Positions 1 to 13,245 of a DNA stretch of 64,000 bases are shown here, one piece after another (positions within the stretch are counted from its first letter, which is position 1; each line of letters opens with the position of its first letter). Source of the DNA: Mobula birostris (Eukaryota). The notes under the pieces were generated by a model that saw nothing but the letters and a program-made list of their open reading frames with translations, searched no databases and was not told where the DNA came from. The stretch covers positions 22,295,130-22,359,129 of the forward strand of contig NC_092375.1 of NCBI RefSeq assembly GCF_030028105.1, read 5' to 3'. Made by a program: the position numbers and the translations under genes.

Positions 1-914
1 GAAGATCAAGAAAAGTGCTCTAAAAATCAAGTCTTTCCTTCAACCGACAGACCTGGACAGGGAGGGGCAGATGCTCAGAGTATGGTACTTATAACGTCAT
101 GGGCATGGCAAAGAAAGAGAAGAATTGAAGGCTTGCAGGTTAGTTTGAACTGTCTTCAATTAACTTCCTTTAGACCACTGGATATGAGGTCTGATCTTTA
201 CTGTTTAGCCACACTGTACTTTCTTGTAGACTATAATTTAGTCTACATTGTTATTGGTCTACCGCAGTGCACTGTGTAATGAATTGATCTGTATGAATGG
301 CATACAAAACAAACTTTTTACTGTGCCTCAGTGCATGTGCAATAGTAAACTAACTCCAGTTCCAATTCCGGAGGGATTTTAGTGGGCAAGGTGCACATTC
401 CTCCCATTGGTCTCCAGCTGGAATCCTGTAGCCAGAGTCTGATCCCAATTTAATATTTCATCTGATTGCTACCATTTGCAGAAAGAAAACAAAACAATAG
501 TTGCAAGAGTCTACCTCTCTAGACTGCCTGCCATTAATTATTATCATGGCTAATATACGATGGCTTCAACTCCTCTTCAAGTTCCTCGAGCTTTCTCATA
601 GTCATCTTTCTCCAGGTTAAATAATCTGACCTGGTCTCCACCTTCCTCAGAGGCAGAGAATTTCAGTGATTCACTGTCAGATTCCAGAGGTGGACAATTA
701 CTTTGCCATTTACAGAAATGCCTGAAAATTGTATCCACAGGTCCTTGTGCCCTAATGGGGAACCTACAGGGGCCAACTTGGGTGAAATTAGAATTAGAAT
801 TGTTTGTCATTATCCCATGTACTTAGATACAGTGAAAGTTTTGCAAACCATCCATACAGGTCATCTCAAATCATAAGTACATTGAGCAGTCTGAAGGGAA
901 AACAATAGCAGAAT

Positions 915-1710
915 GCAGAATTTTGTATTCCAGAGAGAGTTCAAGAGAAAGAATGGCGTTACTAAATGGAGAGAAAGTTAAAAAATCTGAGGTGCAAAGG
1001 GACTTGTGCAGGATTCCCTAAGGGTTAATTTGCAGGTTGAATCTGTGGTGAGGAAAACAAATGCAATGTTAGCATTCTTTTCAAGTGGACTAGAATATAA
1101 AAGCAAGGATGTAATGTTGAGGCTCTATCAAGCACTGATGAGGACTCATGGAATATTGTGAGCAGTTTTGGGCCCCTTATCTAAGAAAGGATGTGCTGAT
1201 ATTGGAGAGTGTTTAAAGGAGGCTTACAAAAATGATTCCAGGATTGAAAGACTTGTCATATGAGGAGCATTTGGTGGCTCTGGCCTTCTACTCATTAGAA
1301 TTCAGAAGAATGAGGGGTGACCTCATTGAAACCTATCGAATGTTGAAAGGCCTCAATAGAGTGGATATGGAGAGGATGTTTCCTATGGTGGGGATGTCTA
1401 AGACCCAAGGACACAGCCTCGAAATAGAGAAGGGTCTTTATAGAATGAAGGTGAGGAGGAATTTTTTTAGCCAGAGAATGGTGAATCTGTGGGATTTGTT
1501 GTCACAGGCTGCTGTGGAGGCCAAGTCACTGGGTATATTTAAAGCAGAGGTTGAGAGGTTCTTGATTGGTCAGGGCATGAAGGGATATGGGGAGAACACA
1601 GAAGACTGGGGTTGAGAGGGAAAATGGATCGGCCATGTTGGAATGGTGGAGCAGAGTCAACAGGCAAAATAACCCATACCTGCTCCTGTATCTTATGGTC
1701 CTGTGGGTTC
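915..1710 (+). mobile_element. CR1 (HER1-like) LINE 3' fragment
   Basis: ORF 1232-1615 is the CR1 ORF2 C-terminus (FYSLEFRRMRGDLIETY...RRNFFSQRMVNLW), followed by a CR1-type 3'UTR. Boundaries approximate. Confidence 0.9.
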
Positions 1711-2430
1711 ATGGCCAGAGTGCTTGGCCTGTTTGCCAATAGCATGAGCATAGCATGTGATCAATGTGCTAATGGGATGGCTTTGGAGCTTGGACTGAGT
1801 TCTGATAGGGGATGGAACCAGTGCTTGGGCTGAGTGGTAATGGAGTGGGTATAGCTTTTGTCCTGTGTGGTCATGGAATGGAATGGTGTCTGGATTAAGT
1901 GCAAATAAGGCATTCACGGGGTTTGGCATCTGTGTCAATGAGGCAGCAGTGGGCCTTTCCCTCACTCTTAAAGTTTCAATGCCATTTTTCAGGTGAGAAA
2001 AATGAGTCATAGACTTGTACAAAATAGCATTGAGCTTTTAGGACCTGAAATTCACCCTCTCTCTGTAAATGAGGAAGCAGCACATTGTCAATATTGCAGC
2101 AATGTAGACGTGCTCCATGACTGTTCACACCAGGGCCAACTCCTCTGCTTATAAATGAGTACTTCACAGCTAGAATAAAATATTTTCCAATATTTGCACA
2201 GAATCCTACAGCACAAATATGGATCTTTTTGTCCAACTTTATCCATGCTGATTGTTCTCACACTAATTCCACTTTCTCACATTAGGGCCATATCCCTCAA
2301 TACCTCTCCTAAGAACCTGTCTATTCCCAATCCACACTAATCCCACTTCTTCACATTAGGGCCTGATCCCTGTACGCCTCTCCTAAGAACTTCTTAAATG
2401 TTGTAACTGTATCTGTTTCTTCCACCTTAC

Positions 2431-4640
2431 AGTTGAACAAAGGGAACTATGGAGCCATGAGGGAGGAGCTGGTCAAAGTTCAGTGGAACAATACCCTAGC
2501 AGGGATGACAGTGGAACAGCAATGGCAAGTGTTTCTGGGAATAATGCGGAAGGTGCAGGATCAGTTCGTTCCAAAGAGGAAGAAAGATCCTAAGGGGAGT
2601 AAGGGGAGGCCATGGCTGACAAGGGAAGTAATGGACAGTATAAAAATAAAAGAGAAGAAGTATAACATAGCAAAGACGAGTGGGAAGCCGGAGGATTGGC
2701 AAACTTTTAAAGAGCAACAGAAGGTAACTAAAAAGGCAATACGTGGAGAAAAAAATGAGGTACGAAGGTAAACTAGACAAGAATATAAAGGAGGATAGTA
2801 AAAGCTTCTTTAGGTATGTGAAAAGGAAAAAAAAAGTTAAGAACAAAATTGGGCCCTTGAAGACAGAAGTGGGTGAATTTATTATGGGGAACAAGGAAAT
2901 GGCAGACGAGTTGAACAGGTACTTTGGATCTGTCTTCACTAGGGAAGACACAAACAATCTCCCAGGTGTAATAGTGGCCAAAGGACCTAGGGTAATGGAT
3001 GAACTGAAGGAAATTTATATTAGGCAGGAAATGGTGTTGGATAGGCTGTTGGGCCTGAAGGCTGATAAGTCCCCGGGACCTGATGGTCTGCATCCCAGGG
3101 TACTTAAGGAGGTGGCTTTAGAAATCGTGGACGCATTGGTAATCATTTTCCAGTGTTCTATAGATTCAGGATCAGTTCCTGTGGATTGGAGGGTGGCTAA
3201 TGTTGTCCCTCTCTTCAAGAAGGGAGGAAGAGAGAAAACAGGGAATTATAGACCGGTTAGCCTGACATCGGTGGTGGGAAAGATGCTGGAGTCAATTGTG
3301 AAAGATGAAATTACGACACATCTGGATAGTAGTAACAGGATTGGTCCGAGTCAGGATGGATTTACGAAGGGGAAATCGTGCTTAACTAATCTTCTGGAAT
3401 TTTTTGAGGATGTAACTATGAAAATGGACAAGGGAGAGCCAGTGGATGTAGTGTACCTGGACTTTCAGAAAGCCTTTGATAAAGTCCCACATAGGAGATT
3501 AGTGGGCAAAATTAGGGCACATGGTATTGGGGGCAGAGTTCTGACATGGATTGAAAATTGGCTGGCTGACAGAAAACAAAGAGTAACGATTAACGGGTTC
3601 CTTTCGGAATGGCAGGTGGTGACCAGTGGGGTACCGCAGGGTTCAGTGTTGGGACTGCAGCTGTTTACAATATATATTAATGATTTAGATGATGGAATTA
3701 AAAGTAACATTAGCAAATTTGCCGATGACTCAAAGCTGGGTGGCAGTGTGAAATGTGAGGAGGATGTTATGAGAATGCAGGGTGACTTGGACAGGCTGGG
3801 TGAGTGGGCAGATGCAGTTTAATGTGGATAAATGTGAGGTTATCCACTTTGGTGGTAAGAACGGGAAGGCAGATTATTATCTAAATGGAGTCAAGTTAGG
3901 AAAAGGGGAAGCACAACGAGATCTAGGTGTTCTTGTACATCAGTCTCTGAAAGCAAGCATGCAAGTACAGCAGGCAGTGAAGAAAGCTAATGGCATGCTG
4001 GCCTTCATAACAAGAGGAATTGAGTATAAGAGCAAAGAGGTCCTTCTGCAGCTGTACAGGGCCCTGGTGAGACCACACCTGGAGTACTGTGTGCAGTTTT
4101 GTTTTCAAAATTTGAGGAAGGACGTTCTTTCTATTGAGGGAGTGCAGCGTAGGTTCACAAGGTTAATTCCTGGGATGGCGGGACTGTCATATGTTGAAAG
4201 ATTGGAGTGACTGGGCTTGTATACTCTGGAATTTAGAAGGTTGAGAGGGGATCGTATTGAAACATATAAGATTATTAAGGGATTGGACATACTGGAGGCA
4301 GGAAGCATGTTCCCGCTGATGGGTGAGTCCAGAACCGGAGGCCACAGTTTAAGAATTAGGGGTAGGCCATTTAGAACGGAGTTGAGGAAAAACTTTTTCA
4401 CCCAGAGAGTGGTGGATATATGGAATGCTCTGCCCCGGAAGGCAGTGGAGGCCAAGTCTCTGGATGCTTTCAAGAAAGAGATGGATAGAGCTCTTAAAGA
4501 TAGCGGAATCAAAGGTTATGGGGATAAGGCAGGAACTGGATACTGATAGTGGATGATCAGCCATGATCACAATGAATGACAGTGCTGGCTCGAAGGGCCA
4601 AATGGCCTACTCCTGCACCTATTGTCTATTGTTTATTGTG
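2431..4640 (+). mobile_element. 5'-truncated CR1 LINE with the reverse transcriptase region
   Basis: Frameshifted ORFs 2433-2771, 2743-3822, 3782-4210 and 4217-4546 carry [39 protein letters not shown] and RPHLEYC. Confidence 0.95.
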
Positions 4641-6019
4641 TATCTTCTCTGGCAGCTCATTCCGGATAACCACCACTCGCTGGTGAAAACCATCTCTCAG
4701 ATCTACATTAACTTTCTTCCCTCTTGCCTGAAACTTTCATTGCATTAAAGAGCAAAGCTGAGGATTTCATAACTGTTAAGGATGTTTTGATTTATCTTAA
4801 GACCAACAGTCATGTTTGAATGTAGTCATTGTGATACTGGAAGGAAGTTGTGAAGGTTGTTGACAGTAACTGAAATTTCTTTCATAATCTGTATCCTTGG
4901 CAACAGCACATTTGAAAAGCACTCAGTCCTTGGTTTTTCCTTTGTGGATTTCTAGTTAAAATTAAAGACATTATTGCATTTATCCCATTTTACAGCATTG
5001 GGAGGGGTTGCATTGACAGTCAGTAATGACGTGTGTGAGTGGATATTAAACATTAACGCACGATTGAGTTTCTGCAGACTTTGCCCTTTCACTTGGCCGT
5101 ACAAATAATCCTTGGCTTATATCACGTCATGATAAGATTCAGTTTTTATACATCATCGGAGAAGCCTGCTAACCTAATACTTTAAAATTCTTTCCTGGTA
5201 CAGAGTCTTGTTTGATTCCTTCTGTATGATATTTGTTTTTACGTGAAATTACCTTTGTTTATTCTGCGGGCTTCCTACTGTTGCTTTTACTTGCGAAGGT
5301 TGTTCTTTGGAAAACACAGGGCTTCTACTCAAGGTGCGTGGTTTATCATTCCTCGCTGCAAAGCCGGGAGGGCACTGGAAAGCTCTCGAATGAGTTGATG
5401 GAATTTCCTGTCCACGCTTCTTTGCAAATTGAGGAAAAGAACATTTTCTCTTCTGCTTAGGAAGACTATTAAACAGGTCAGAAGTACACTTCTCTCATGA
5501 GCTTGTCTCTGTTTGGAATATTGTTAACTCTTTAAAAAGAATGGATGGAACGTTGAGCCAGATATTTCTCGGGCCTTGGATGAATTTTGCCTGATTAACT
5601 ATTGATCTGTGCCCAAAGCATCTGCTATTTTACAGCAGGCCTCAACACTACGAAGGCTTCACTTATTCACCTCTGGTTTATACTTTAATATTCAAAAAAT
5701 GTGCAAATAGTAACAAGCATAAAACCAAAAGTAATTTAAATAGAGTTGTAGAGCACTATAGCACAGAAATAGCCCTTTGGCGCAGTGAGTCCATCAAATG
5801 TATAATAACAAACAACTAAACAAGGCAAAGCTCTGACCCTTTCCACTGGGGTTTGCCAATTCTTTCAAATGAATGGTTAAGTGCTTGTTAGCCAGTTTGA
5901 AAAATGAGGGGTGAATGTGTCGAACAAGAATGCTTAATCAAACTATATATATATATATATAAAACATACAACGTACATTTTATATATAATATGGATGGAT
6001 CTATATATATTGTGCAATA

Positions 6020-6840
6020 TAGATGGAACAGTCCCCGGTATTGCTCCCCAACTCTTCCTGCGCTACATTGACGACTGCATTGGTGCTGCTTCCTGCACCC
6101 ATGTTGAGCTCATCAATTTCATTAACTTTGCCCCCAACTTCCATCCTGCCCTTACATTCACTTGCCCATTTCTGACACCTTCTTCTCCTTTCTTGATCTC
6201 TGTCTCCATCTCTGGAGACAAACTGTCAACCAATGTCTTTTATAAACCTGTTGATTCCCACGGTTATCTTGACTATACCTCTTCCCAACCTATCTCCTGT
6301 AAAAATGCTGCTCCCTTTTCTCAGTTCCTTTGCCTCTGCCACATCTGTTCCCAGGATGTGACCTTCCTTTCCAGGACATCTGAGAAGTCTTCCTTCTTCA
6401 AAGAGCAGGGCTTCCCTCCCTCTTGAATTGATGCCACCCTCACCTGCATCTCCTCCATTTCCCGAACATCCGTGCTCACCCCATGTTCCTGTTGCCTTGT
6501 CCTTGAGTCCCCCACATCCAACACATCATCCTCCGCAACTGCCGCCATCTCCAAAGGGATCCTAGCACTAAACGTATCTTTAGTTTACACTTCCTGCAGG
6601 GAATGCTCCTTCTGTGATTTCCTTGTCCATTCGTCCCTCCCCACAAATCTCCCTCCTGGCACTTACTCCTGCAAGCAGTCTAAATTCTACAGCTGCCCGT
6701 TCACCTCCTCCCTCGCCTCTCTTCAGGGCCCCAAACAGTCCTTCCAAGTGAGACTACGCTTCACCAGTAAAGCTCCTGGGGTCATCTATTGTATCTGGAG
6801 CTCCTGATGTGGCCTCCTTTACATTGGTGAGACCTGTCGT
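6020..6840 (+). mobile_element. Penelope-like element fragment (RT C-terminus to GIY-YIG start), degenerate
   Basis: LRYIDDCIG (RT catalytic motif), FYKP..SHGYLDYTSS and VIYCIWSS.CGLLYIGET in successive frames. Confidence 0.88.
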
Positions 6841-6878
6841 AAATTTTATTTAAATTCTGAGGGACTTATAGAAATGAA

Positions 6879-7167
6879 CTTCTCTTTGACAAGGATTCCA
6901 GGCTGAACGTAACTGGTGACTTCATTTCCTCAGGCGGTGTCTCACTGAACTCCCTCCCCCACTACAGACATATCAGACTACAGACCAGAGACTGGATTGA
7001 GTTGCTTCAAACAGTCAAGTTCACCACTGCCCTTAACTTTTAGACTCTTTCCAAGGTTTAGCAGTGAGCGACAATTCCCATTTCTTCATTTCCTCAGGTG
7101 GTGAACCACCACCTGACAAAATGAAGTCACCAGTTACTCTTGGCCTGGAATTTTTGTCAGAGGGAAG
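6879..7167. mobile_element. MITE-like element with about 50-bp imperfect terminal inverted repeats
   Basis: 6879-6928 (cttctctttgacaaggattccaggctgaacgtaactggtgacttcattt) is the reverse complement of about 7118-7167; GAA flanks both ends. Confidence 0.6.
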
Positions 7168-7171
7168 GAAT

Positions 7172-10100
7172 TAGAAACATAGAAACACAGAAAACCTACA
7201 GCACAATACAGGCCCTTTGGCCCACAAAGCTGTGCCGAACATGTCCTTACCTTAGAATTACCTAGGCTTTACCCATAGCCCTCTATTTTTCTAAGCTCCA
7301 TGTACCTATCCAGGAGTCTCTTAAAAGACCCTATCGTTTCTGCCTCCACCACCGTCACTGGCAGCCCATTCCACACACTCACCATTCTGTGTAAAAAACT
7401 TACCCCTGACATTTCCTCTGTACCTATTTCTAAGCACCTTAAAACTGTGCCCTCTCGTGCTAGCCATTCCAGCCTGGGAAAAAGCCTCTGACTATCTCAT
7501 GCTCAATGACTCTCATCATCTTATACACCTCTGTCAGGTCACCTCTCATCCTCCGTCGCTCCAAGGAGCAAAGGCCGAGTTCACTCAACCTATTCTCATA
7601 AGGCATGCTTCCCAATCCAGGCAACATCCTCGTAAGTCTCCTCTGCACCCTTTCTATGGTTTCCATGTCCTTCCTGTAGTGAGACGACCAGAAATGAGCA
7701 CAGTACTCCAAGTGGAATCTGACCAGGCTCCTATATAGCTGCAACATTACCTCTCGGCTCTTAAACTCAATCCCACGATTGATGAAGGCCAGTGCACCAT
7801 ATGCCTTCTTAATCACACAGTCAACCTGCGCAGCAGCTTTGAGTGTCCTATTGACTCGGACCCCAAGATCCCTTTGATCCTGCACACTGCCAAGAGTCTT
7901 ATCATTAATACTAAGTTCTGCCATCATGTTTGACCTACCAAAATGAAGCACCTCACACTTATCTGGGTTGAACTCCATCTGCCACTTCTCAGCCCAGTTT
8001 TACATCCTATCAATAACCTGCTGTAACCTCTGACAGCCCTCCACACTATCCACAACACCCACAACCTTTGTGTCATCAGCAAATTTACTAACCCATCCCT
8101 CCACTTCCTCATCCAGGTCATTTATAAAAATCACGAAAAGAAGGGGTCCCAGAACAGATCCCTGAGGCACACCACTGGTCACTGACCTCCATGTAGAATA
8201 TGACCCGTCTACAACCACTTTTTGCCTTCTGTGGGCAAGCCAGTTCTAGATTCACAAAGCAATGTCCCCGTGGATCCCATGCCTCCTTTCTTTCTCAATA
8301 AGCCTTGCATGGGGTACCTTATCAAATGCCTTGCTGAAATCCATATGCACTGCATCCACAGCTCTACCTTCACCAATGTGTTTAGTCACATCCTTGAAAA
8401 CTTCAATCAGGCTCGTAAGGCACGACATGTCTTTGACAAAGCCATGCTGACTATTCCTAATCATATTATACCTCTCCAAATGTTCATAAATCCTGCCACT
8501 CAGGATCTTCTCCATCAATTTACCAACCACTGAAGTAAGAGTTACTGGTCTATAATTCCTGGGCTATCCCTACTCCCTTTCTTGAACAAGGGAACAACAT
8601 CCACAACCCTCCAATCCTCCGGAACCTCTCCCATCCCCATTGATGATGCAAAGATCATCGCCAGAGGCTCAGCAATCTCCTCCCTCGCCTCCCACAGTAG
8701 CCTGGGGTACATCCCGTCCGGTCCCGGTGACTTATCCAACTTGATGCTTTCCAGAAGCTCCAGCACATCCTCTTCCTTAATATCTACATGCTCAAGCTTT
8801 TCAGTCCATTGCAAGTCATCCTTACAAACGCCAATATCCTTTTCCTTAGTGAATACTGAAACAAAGTATTCATTAAGTACCTCTGCCATCTCCTCCGGTT
8901 CTATACACACTTTTCGACTGTCACTCTTGATTGGTCCTATTCTCTCATGTTGCTCTTCACATACTTATAGAATGCCTTGGTGTTTTCCTTAATCCTGTCT
9001 GCCAAGTCCTTCTCATGGCCCCTTCTGGCTCTCCTAATTTCATTCTTAAGCTCCTTCCTGCTAGTCTGATAATCTTCTAGATCTTTATCATTACCTAGTT
9101 TTTTGAACCTTTCATAAGCTCTTTTCTTCTTGACTAGATTTATAACAGCTTTTGTACACCATGATTTCTGTACGCTACTATGCTTTCCTTGTCTCATTGG
9201 AATGTATCTATGCAGAACCCCACGTAAATATCCCCCGAACATTTGGCACATTTCTTCCATACGTTTCCCTGAGAACATCTGTTTCCAATTTATGCTTCCA
9301 AGTCCCTGCCTGATAGCATCATATTTCTCCTTACTCCAATTAAATGACTTCCTAACTTGTCTGTTCCTATCCCTCTGCCATGCTATGGTAAAAGAGAAAG
9401 AATTGTGATCACTATCTCCAAAATGCTCTCCTACTGAGAGACCTGACAACTGACCAGGTTCATTTCCCAATACCAGATCATGTACAATTTCTCCTCTTGT
9501 AGGTTTATCTAAATATTGTGTTAAGAAACCTTCCTGAACACACCTAACAAACTCTACCCCATCTAAATCCCTCACTCGAGGGAAATGCCAATCAATATTT
9601 GGAAAATTAAATTCTCCCACAACAAAAACCCTGTTATTATTACTCCTTTCCAGAATCTGTCTCCCTATCTGCTCCTCGATTTCCCTGTTACTATTGGGTG
9701 GTCTATAAAAAACACCCAGTAGAGTTAATGACCCCTGCCTGTTTCTAACTTCCACCCACAGAGACTCTGTAGACAACCCCTCCATCACTTCCTCCTTTTC
9801 TGCAGCCGTGACACTATCTCTGATCAACAGTGCCATGCCCGCACCTCTTTTGTCTCCTTCACTGTCCTTCCTGAAGCATCTAAAGCCTGGCACTTGAAGT
9901 AGCCATTCCTGCCCCTGCACCATCCAAGTCTCTGTAATGGCCACAACATCATAGCTCCAAGTGCTGATCCACGCTCTAAGCTCATCCATTTTATTCATAA
10001 TACTCCTCACATTAAAATAGACACATCTCAAACCATTGGTCTGAATGCGTCCCTTCTCTATCACCTGCTTATCCTCCCTCTCACACTGTCTCCAAGCTTT

Positions 10101-11420
10101 CTCTATTTGTGAGCCAACCTCCCTTTCCTCCGTCACTTCAGTTCGGTTCCCACCCCACCCCCAGCAATTCCAGTTTAAACTCTCCCCAATAGCCTTTGCA
10201 AACCTCCCCACCAGGATATTGGTCCCCCTCAGATTCAAGTGCAACCTATCCTTTTTGTACAGGTCACTCCTGCCCCAGAAGAGGTCCCATTCATCCAGAT
10301 ATCTGAATTCCTGCCTCCTGCTGCAATCCCTCAGCTACGCATTTATCCTCCACCTCATTCTATTCCTATACTCACTGTCACATGGCACAGGCAGCAATCC
10401 TGAGATTACTGCATTTGTGGTCCTGCTTCTCAACTTCCTTCCTAATTCCCTGTTGTCTGTTTGAGGACCTCCTCCCTATGTCATTGGTACCAAAATGTAC
10501 CACGACCTCTGGCTGTTCTCCTTCCCACTTCAAGATATTGTGGACGCGAACAGAAACATCTCGGACCCTGACACCTGGGAGGCAAACTACCATCCGTGTT
10601 TCTTTCCTGCTTCCACAGAATCGCCTGTCTGACCCCCTAACTATAGAGTCCCCTATCACTGCTGCCATCCTCTTCCTTTCCCTACCCTTCTGAACCACAG
10701 GGCCAGACTCTGTGCCAGAGGTGCGGCCACTGTTGCTTCCCCCAGGTAGGTCGCTCCCCCCAACAGTACTCAAACAGGAGTACTTATTGTTAAGGGGGAC
10801 AGCCACTGGGGTATTCTCTAGCATTTGCTTCTTGCCCTTCTCTCTCCTGACTGTTACCCACTTATCTGTCTCCTGAGGCCCCGGTGTGACGACCTGCCTA
10901 TAGCTCCTCTCCATCACGTCCTCATTCTCCCTGATCGGATGAAGGTCATCGAGCTGCATCTCTAGTTCCCTTACCCGGTCCCTAAGGAGCTGCAGCTCAA
11001 TGCACTTGGTGCAGATGTGGCCGTCCGGGGGTCTGGGAGTCTCCAGGACTTACCACATCTGACACCGAGCGCAGAAAACTGGCCTCACATACATACTTTC
11101 TGTCTGTATTGTAAACAGATAACTTACCTTGCCTCGACCCATTATCGCGGAAGCCCCATTGAGCCAAAGCCTTCCTACTCTGTCCCCCTCTGCTCGAATG
11201 CCGGCTCCTCTGGCATCCGCTCTGTAAAGCTGTCTTCTTTTAAAACTCTTCCCACTGTTCTCACTGGCCGATGTCCACGCACTTGCACAGTCGTGCCCCA
11301 TTCAAACTGCTGAAGAAATAACCGTCACCTTTTCAATTCTGCTCGGTTTTAAACTCTTCACGCTGTTCTCACTGGCCAACCTCCATGCGCTTGCACAGTC
11401 GTGCCCCGTTCAAACCACTG
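7172..11420 (-). mobile_element. Near full-length CR1 (HER1-like) LINE, disabled: ORF1 (Zn-finger-like, coiled coil, SGNH esterase) and ORF2 (APE endonuclease, RT)
   Basis: ORF1 begins at ATG 11094 (MYVRPVFCARCQMW*...HICTKCIELQLL) with GDSIVR and VVVHFGTNDI. The endonuclease region 8937-10244 has YFNVRS, VAITETW, GVFYRPP and GDSDH. RT fragments span 7460-8910, and the (catagaaa)-type tail is at about 7172-7200. An 80-bp direct repeat lies in the 5'UTR (about 11237-11317 and 11346-11426). Confidence 0.95.
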
Positions 11421-12139
11421 AAGAATTCATCTTCTGGAAGTCCCCCAGAATTTAAATGATATTAAATACCCCTCATGATACGACAAAGTATTAAATACCC
11501 ATTTACACTACACAAAGACCAGTGAGGGGGAGGGTGGTGGCCCACTAGGTCAGCAAGTCCTTCCTGGTCCATAGGTTCTGGGATTGGATATCCATGCAAG
11601 CAGGAATCGTGAGAGCAGGTGACGCCCTCAGTATGCCAGTCATCGAGTTCAAAGTTTGAGTCCTGGAATTTAGGGAATTTAGGGTAAGGAACGAGATGCC
11701 TGTAGGACACCAAATTAGATGCTTTTGTTCAAGAAGGGCAACAGGATTATGCCACTGATTGCGGGGCCAGCAAATTAAATTAATTAACTGCCTCTCATGA
11801 TCACCTCTCACTCTCCTACACTCCCAAGGTATGAGCCTGTCCAGCCTCTCCCCATAACTCAGTCCTGGCAACATCCATGTAAATCTTTTCTGCACGCTTT
11901 CCACCTTTCCTACAGCAGGGTGGCCAAAACTGAACACAATTCTCCAAGAGTGGTCTCACCATCATCTTGCACAACCGTACCGTGACATCCCATCTTTTGT
12001 ACCCGATGGCCTAACTGACAGTTTTCAAGAGAAATCATTATTTCTGTTAGTCTAAATGCTGCCTTACCTGCTGAACGTTTCCACTACTTTCTGTTTTACT
12101 TACGTTGATTGTGACATTATATGCTGTCAGCTACCGTGT

Positions 12140-12445
12140 TGGATGGGTGCCATGGTTTGGCGTTGGCTAGTGTGACGCTATTACAGATCAGTGCATTCCA
12201 GAGTTCAGGGTTCAATTCCGGCATCATCTGTAAAGAGTTTGTCTGCCCTCCCTGTGAACAGTGTGGGTTTCCCCCGGGTTCTCCACTTTCCTCCCACAGT
12301 CCAATGATTTACCGGTTAGAAAGTTAATTGGTTATTGTAAATTATCCTGTAATTAGGCAAGGGCTAAATAGGTGGGTCACTGGGTGGTACGGCTTGTTAG
12401 GCTGGAAAGGCGTGTTCCGCACTGTATTGCTAAATAAATAAATTT
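12140..12445 (+). mobile_element. V-SINE (HE1-like); further copies at about 12680-12840(-), 15357-15650(+), 25315-25570(-), 33000-33180(-), 47430-47580(-), 50000-50230(-)
   Basis: B-box-like GGTTCAATTCC, V-domain-like gtgggtttcccccgggttctccactttcctcccacagtccaa, and a (taaa)n tail. Confidence 0.75.
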
Positions 12446-13166
12446 CCACACACTTGTTATTCCCTGTGTGGCCAAGCAGCAGAATCAATCCCTTTTCCCG
12501 TCTATTGTAAGGAGACTTGCGTCCACTGTTCCATATTTGTCTCCCACTCTATTTGTGGAGTGGCGTTTGTCCTGTCAGATTAACATTGGGTCATACGTAC
12601 CCAGAACAGTTCTTGCGAGCACTTATTTATTTAGAGGTCCAGCAGGTTCAGCACGAGCCTGCACTGCCCAATTGTGTCTATGTGACCAACTAACCTGCTA
12701 ACCCTTCTGGCTTTTGAATGTGGCAGGAAACTGAAGCACCCGGAGGAAACCCACACGCTCATGGGGAGAATGTACAACAGGAATTGAACCCTGGTTACTG
12801 GCGCTGTAATAGAGTTACGCTAACCATTATGCTACCCTACTGCCTATTTCAGTAAATACAAAATACTCTGCAGATGCAGGGGTCAAAGTAACACTCACAA
12901 CACGCTGGAGGAACTCAGTAGGTCGGGCAGCATCCGTGGAAACAATCAGTCAATGTTTCGGGGCCGGACTTCATCAGGACTGAAGAGGGAAGGGGCAGAG
13001 GCCCTATAAAGAAGGTAGGGGGGAGGGTGGGAAGGAGAAGGCTGGTAGGTTCAAATTTTTTTCAGCTTTTTTCAGTAATATCACCAGTCAGAAATATTAT
13101 GTAATTGAGCATTACTGTAAGTTACTGCAATAATTATTTTAACAATCCATATGTTTATTATTTCAG

Positions 13167-13245
13167 GCATCACATTTAACGTAAAATTCCTGGTACACCA
13201 TGGTGGCGGTTACAACACATCTAGTACTGTTTAGCTTGTCATTAG
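13167..13245 (+). CDS. IGSF5: First coding exon: 33 nt of 5'UTR, ATG at 13200, signal peptide MVAVTTHLVLFSLSL(G)
   Basis: Acceptor tttcag|G at 13166/13167; Kozak context ACCATGG; in-frame upstream TAA at 13182-13184; phase-1 donor G|GTGAGT at 13246. Confidence 0.8.

Noticed and set aside
2496-4570. Long antisense ORFs over CR1 copies (also 8222-9408, 51264-51746, 53031-55008, 56911-58395)
   Set aside because: They are shadow frames of LINE ORF2 with no independent coding signal.
5233-5460. ORF with a hydrophobic stretch (GFLLLLLLAKVVLW) resembling an alternative signal peptide
   Set aside because: It starts at TTG, not ATG. The nearby donor is phase 2, which is incompatible with the Ig exon and runs into a stop in the 13167 exon.
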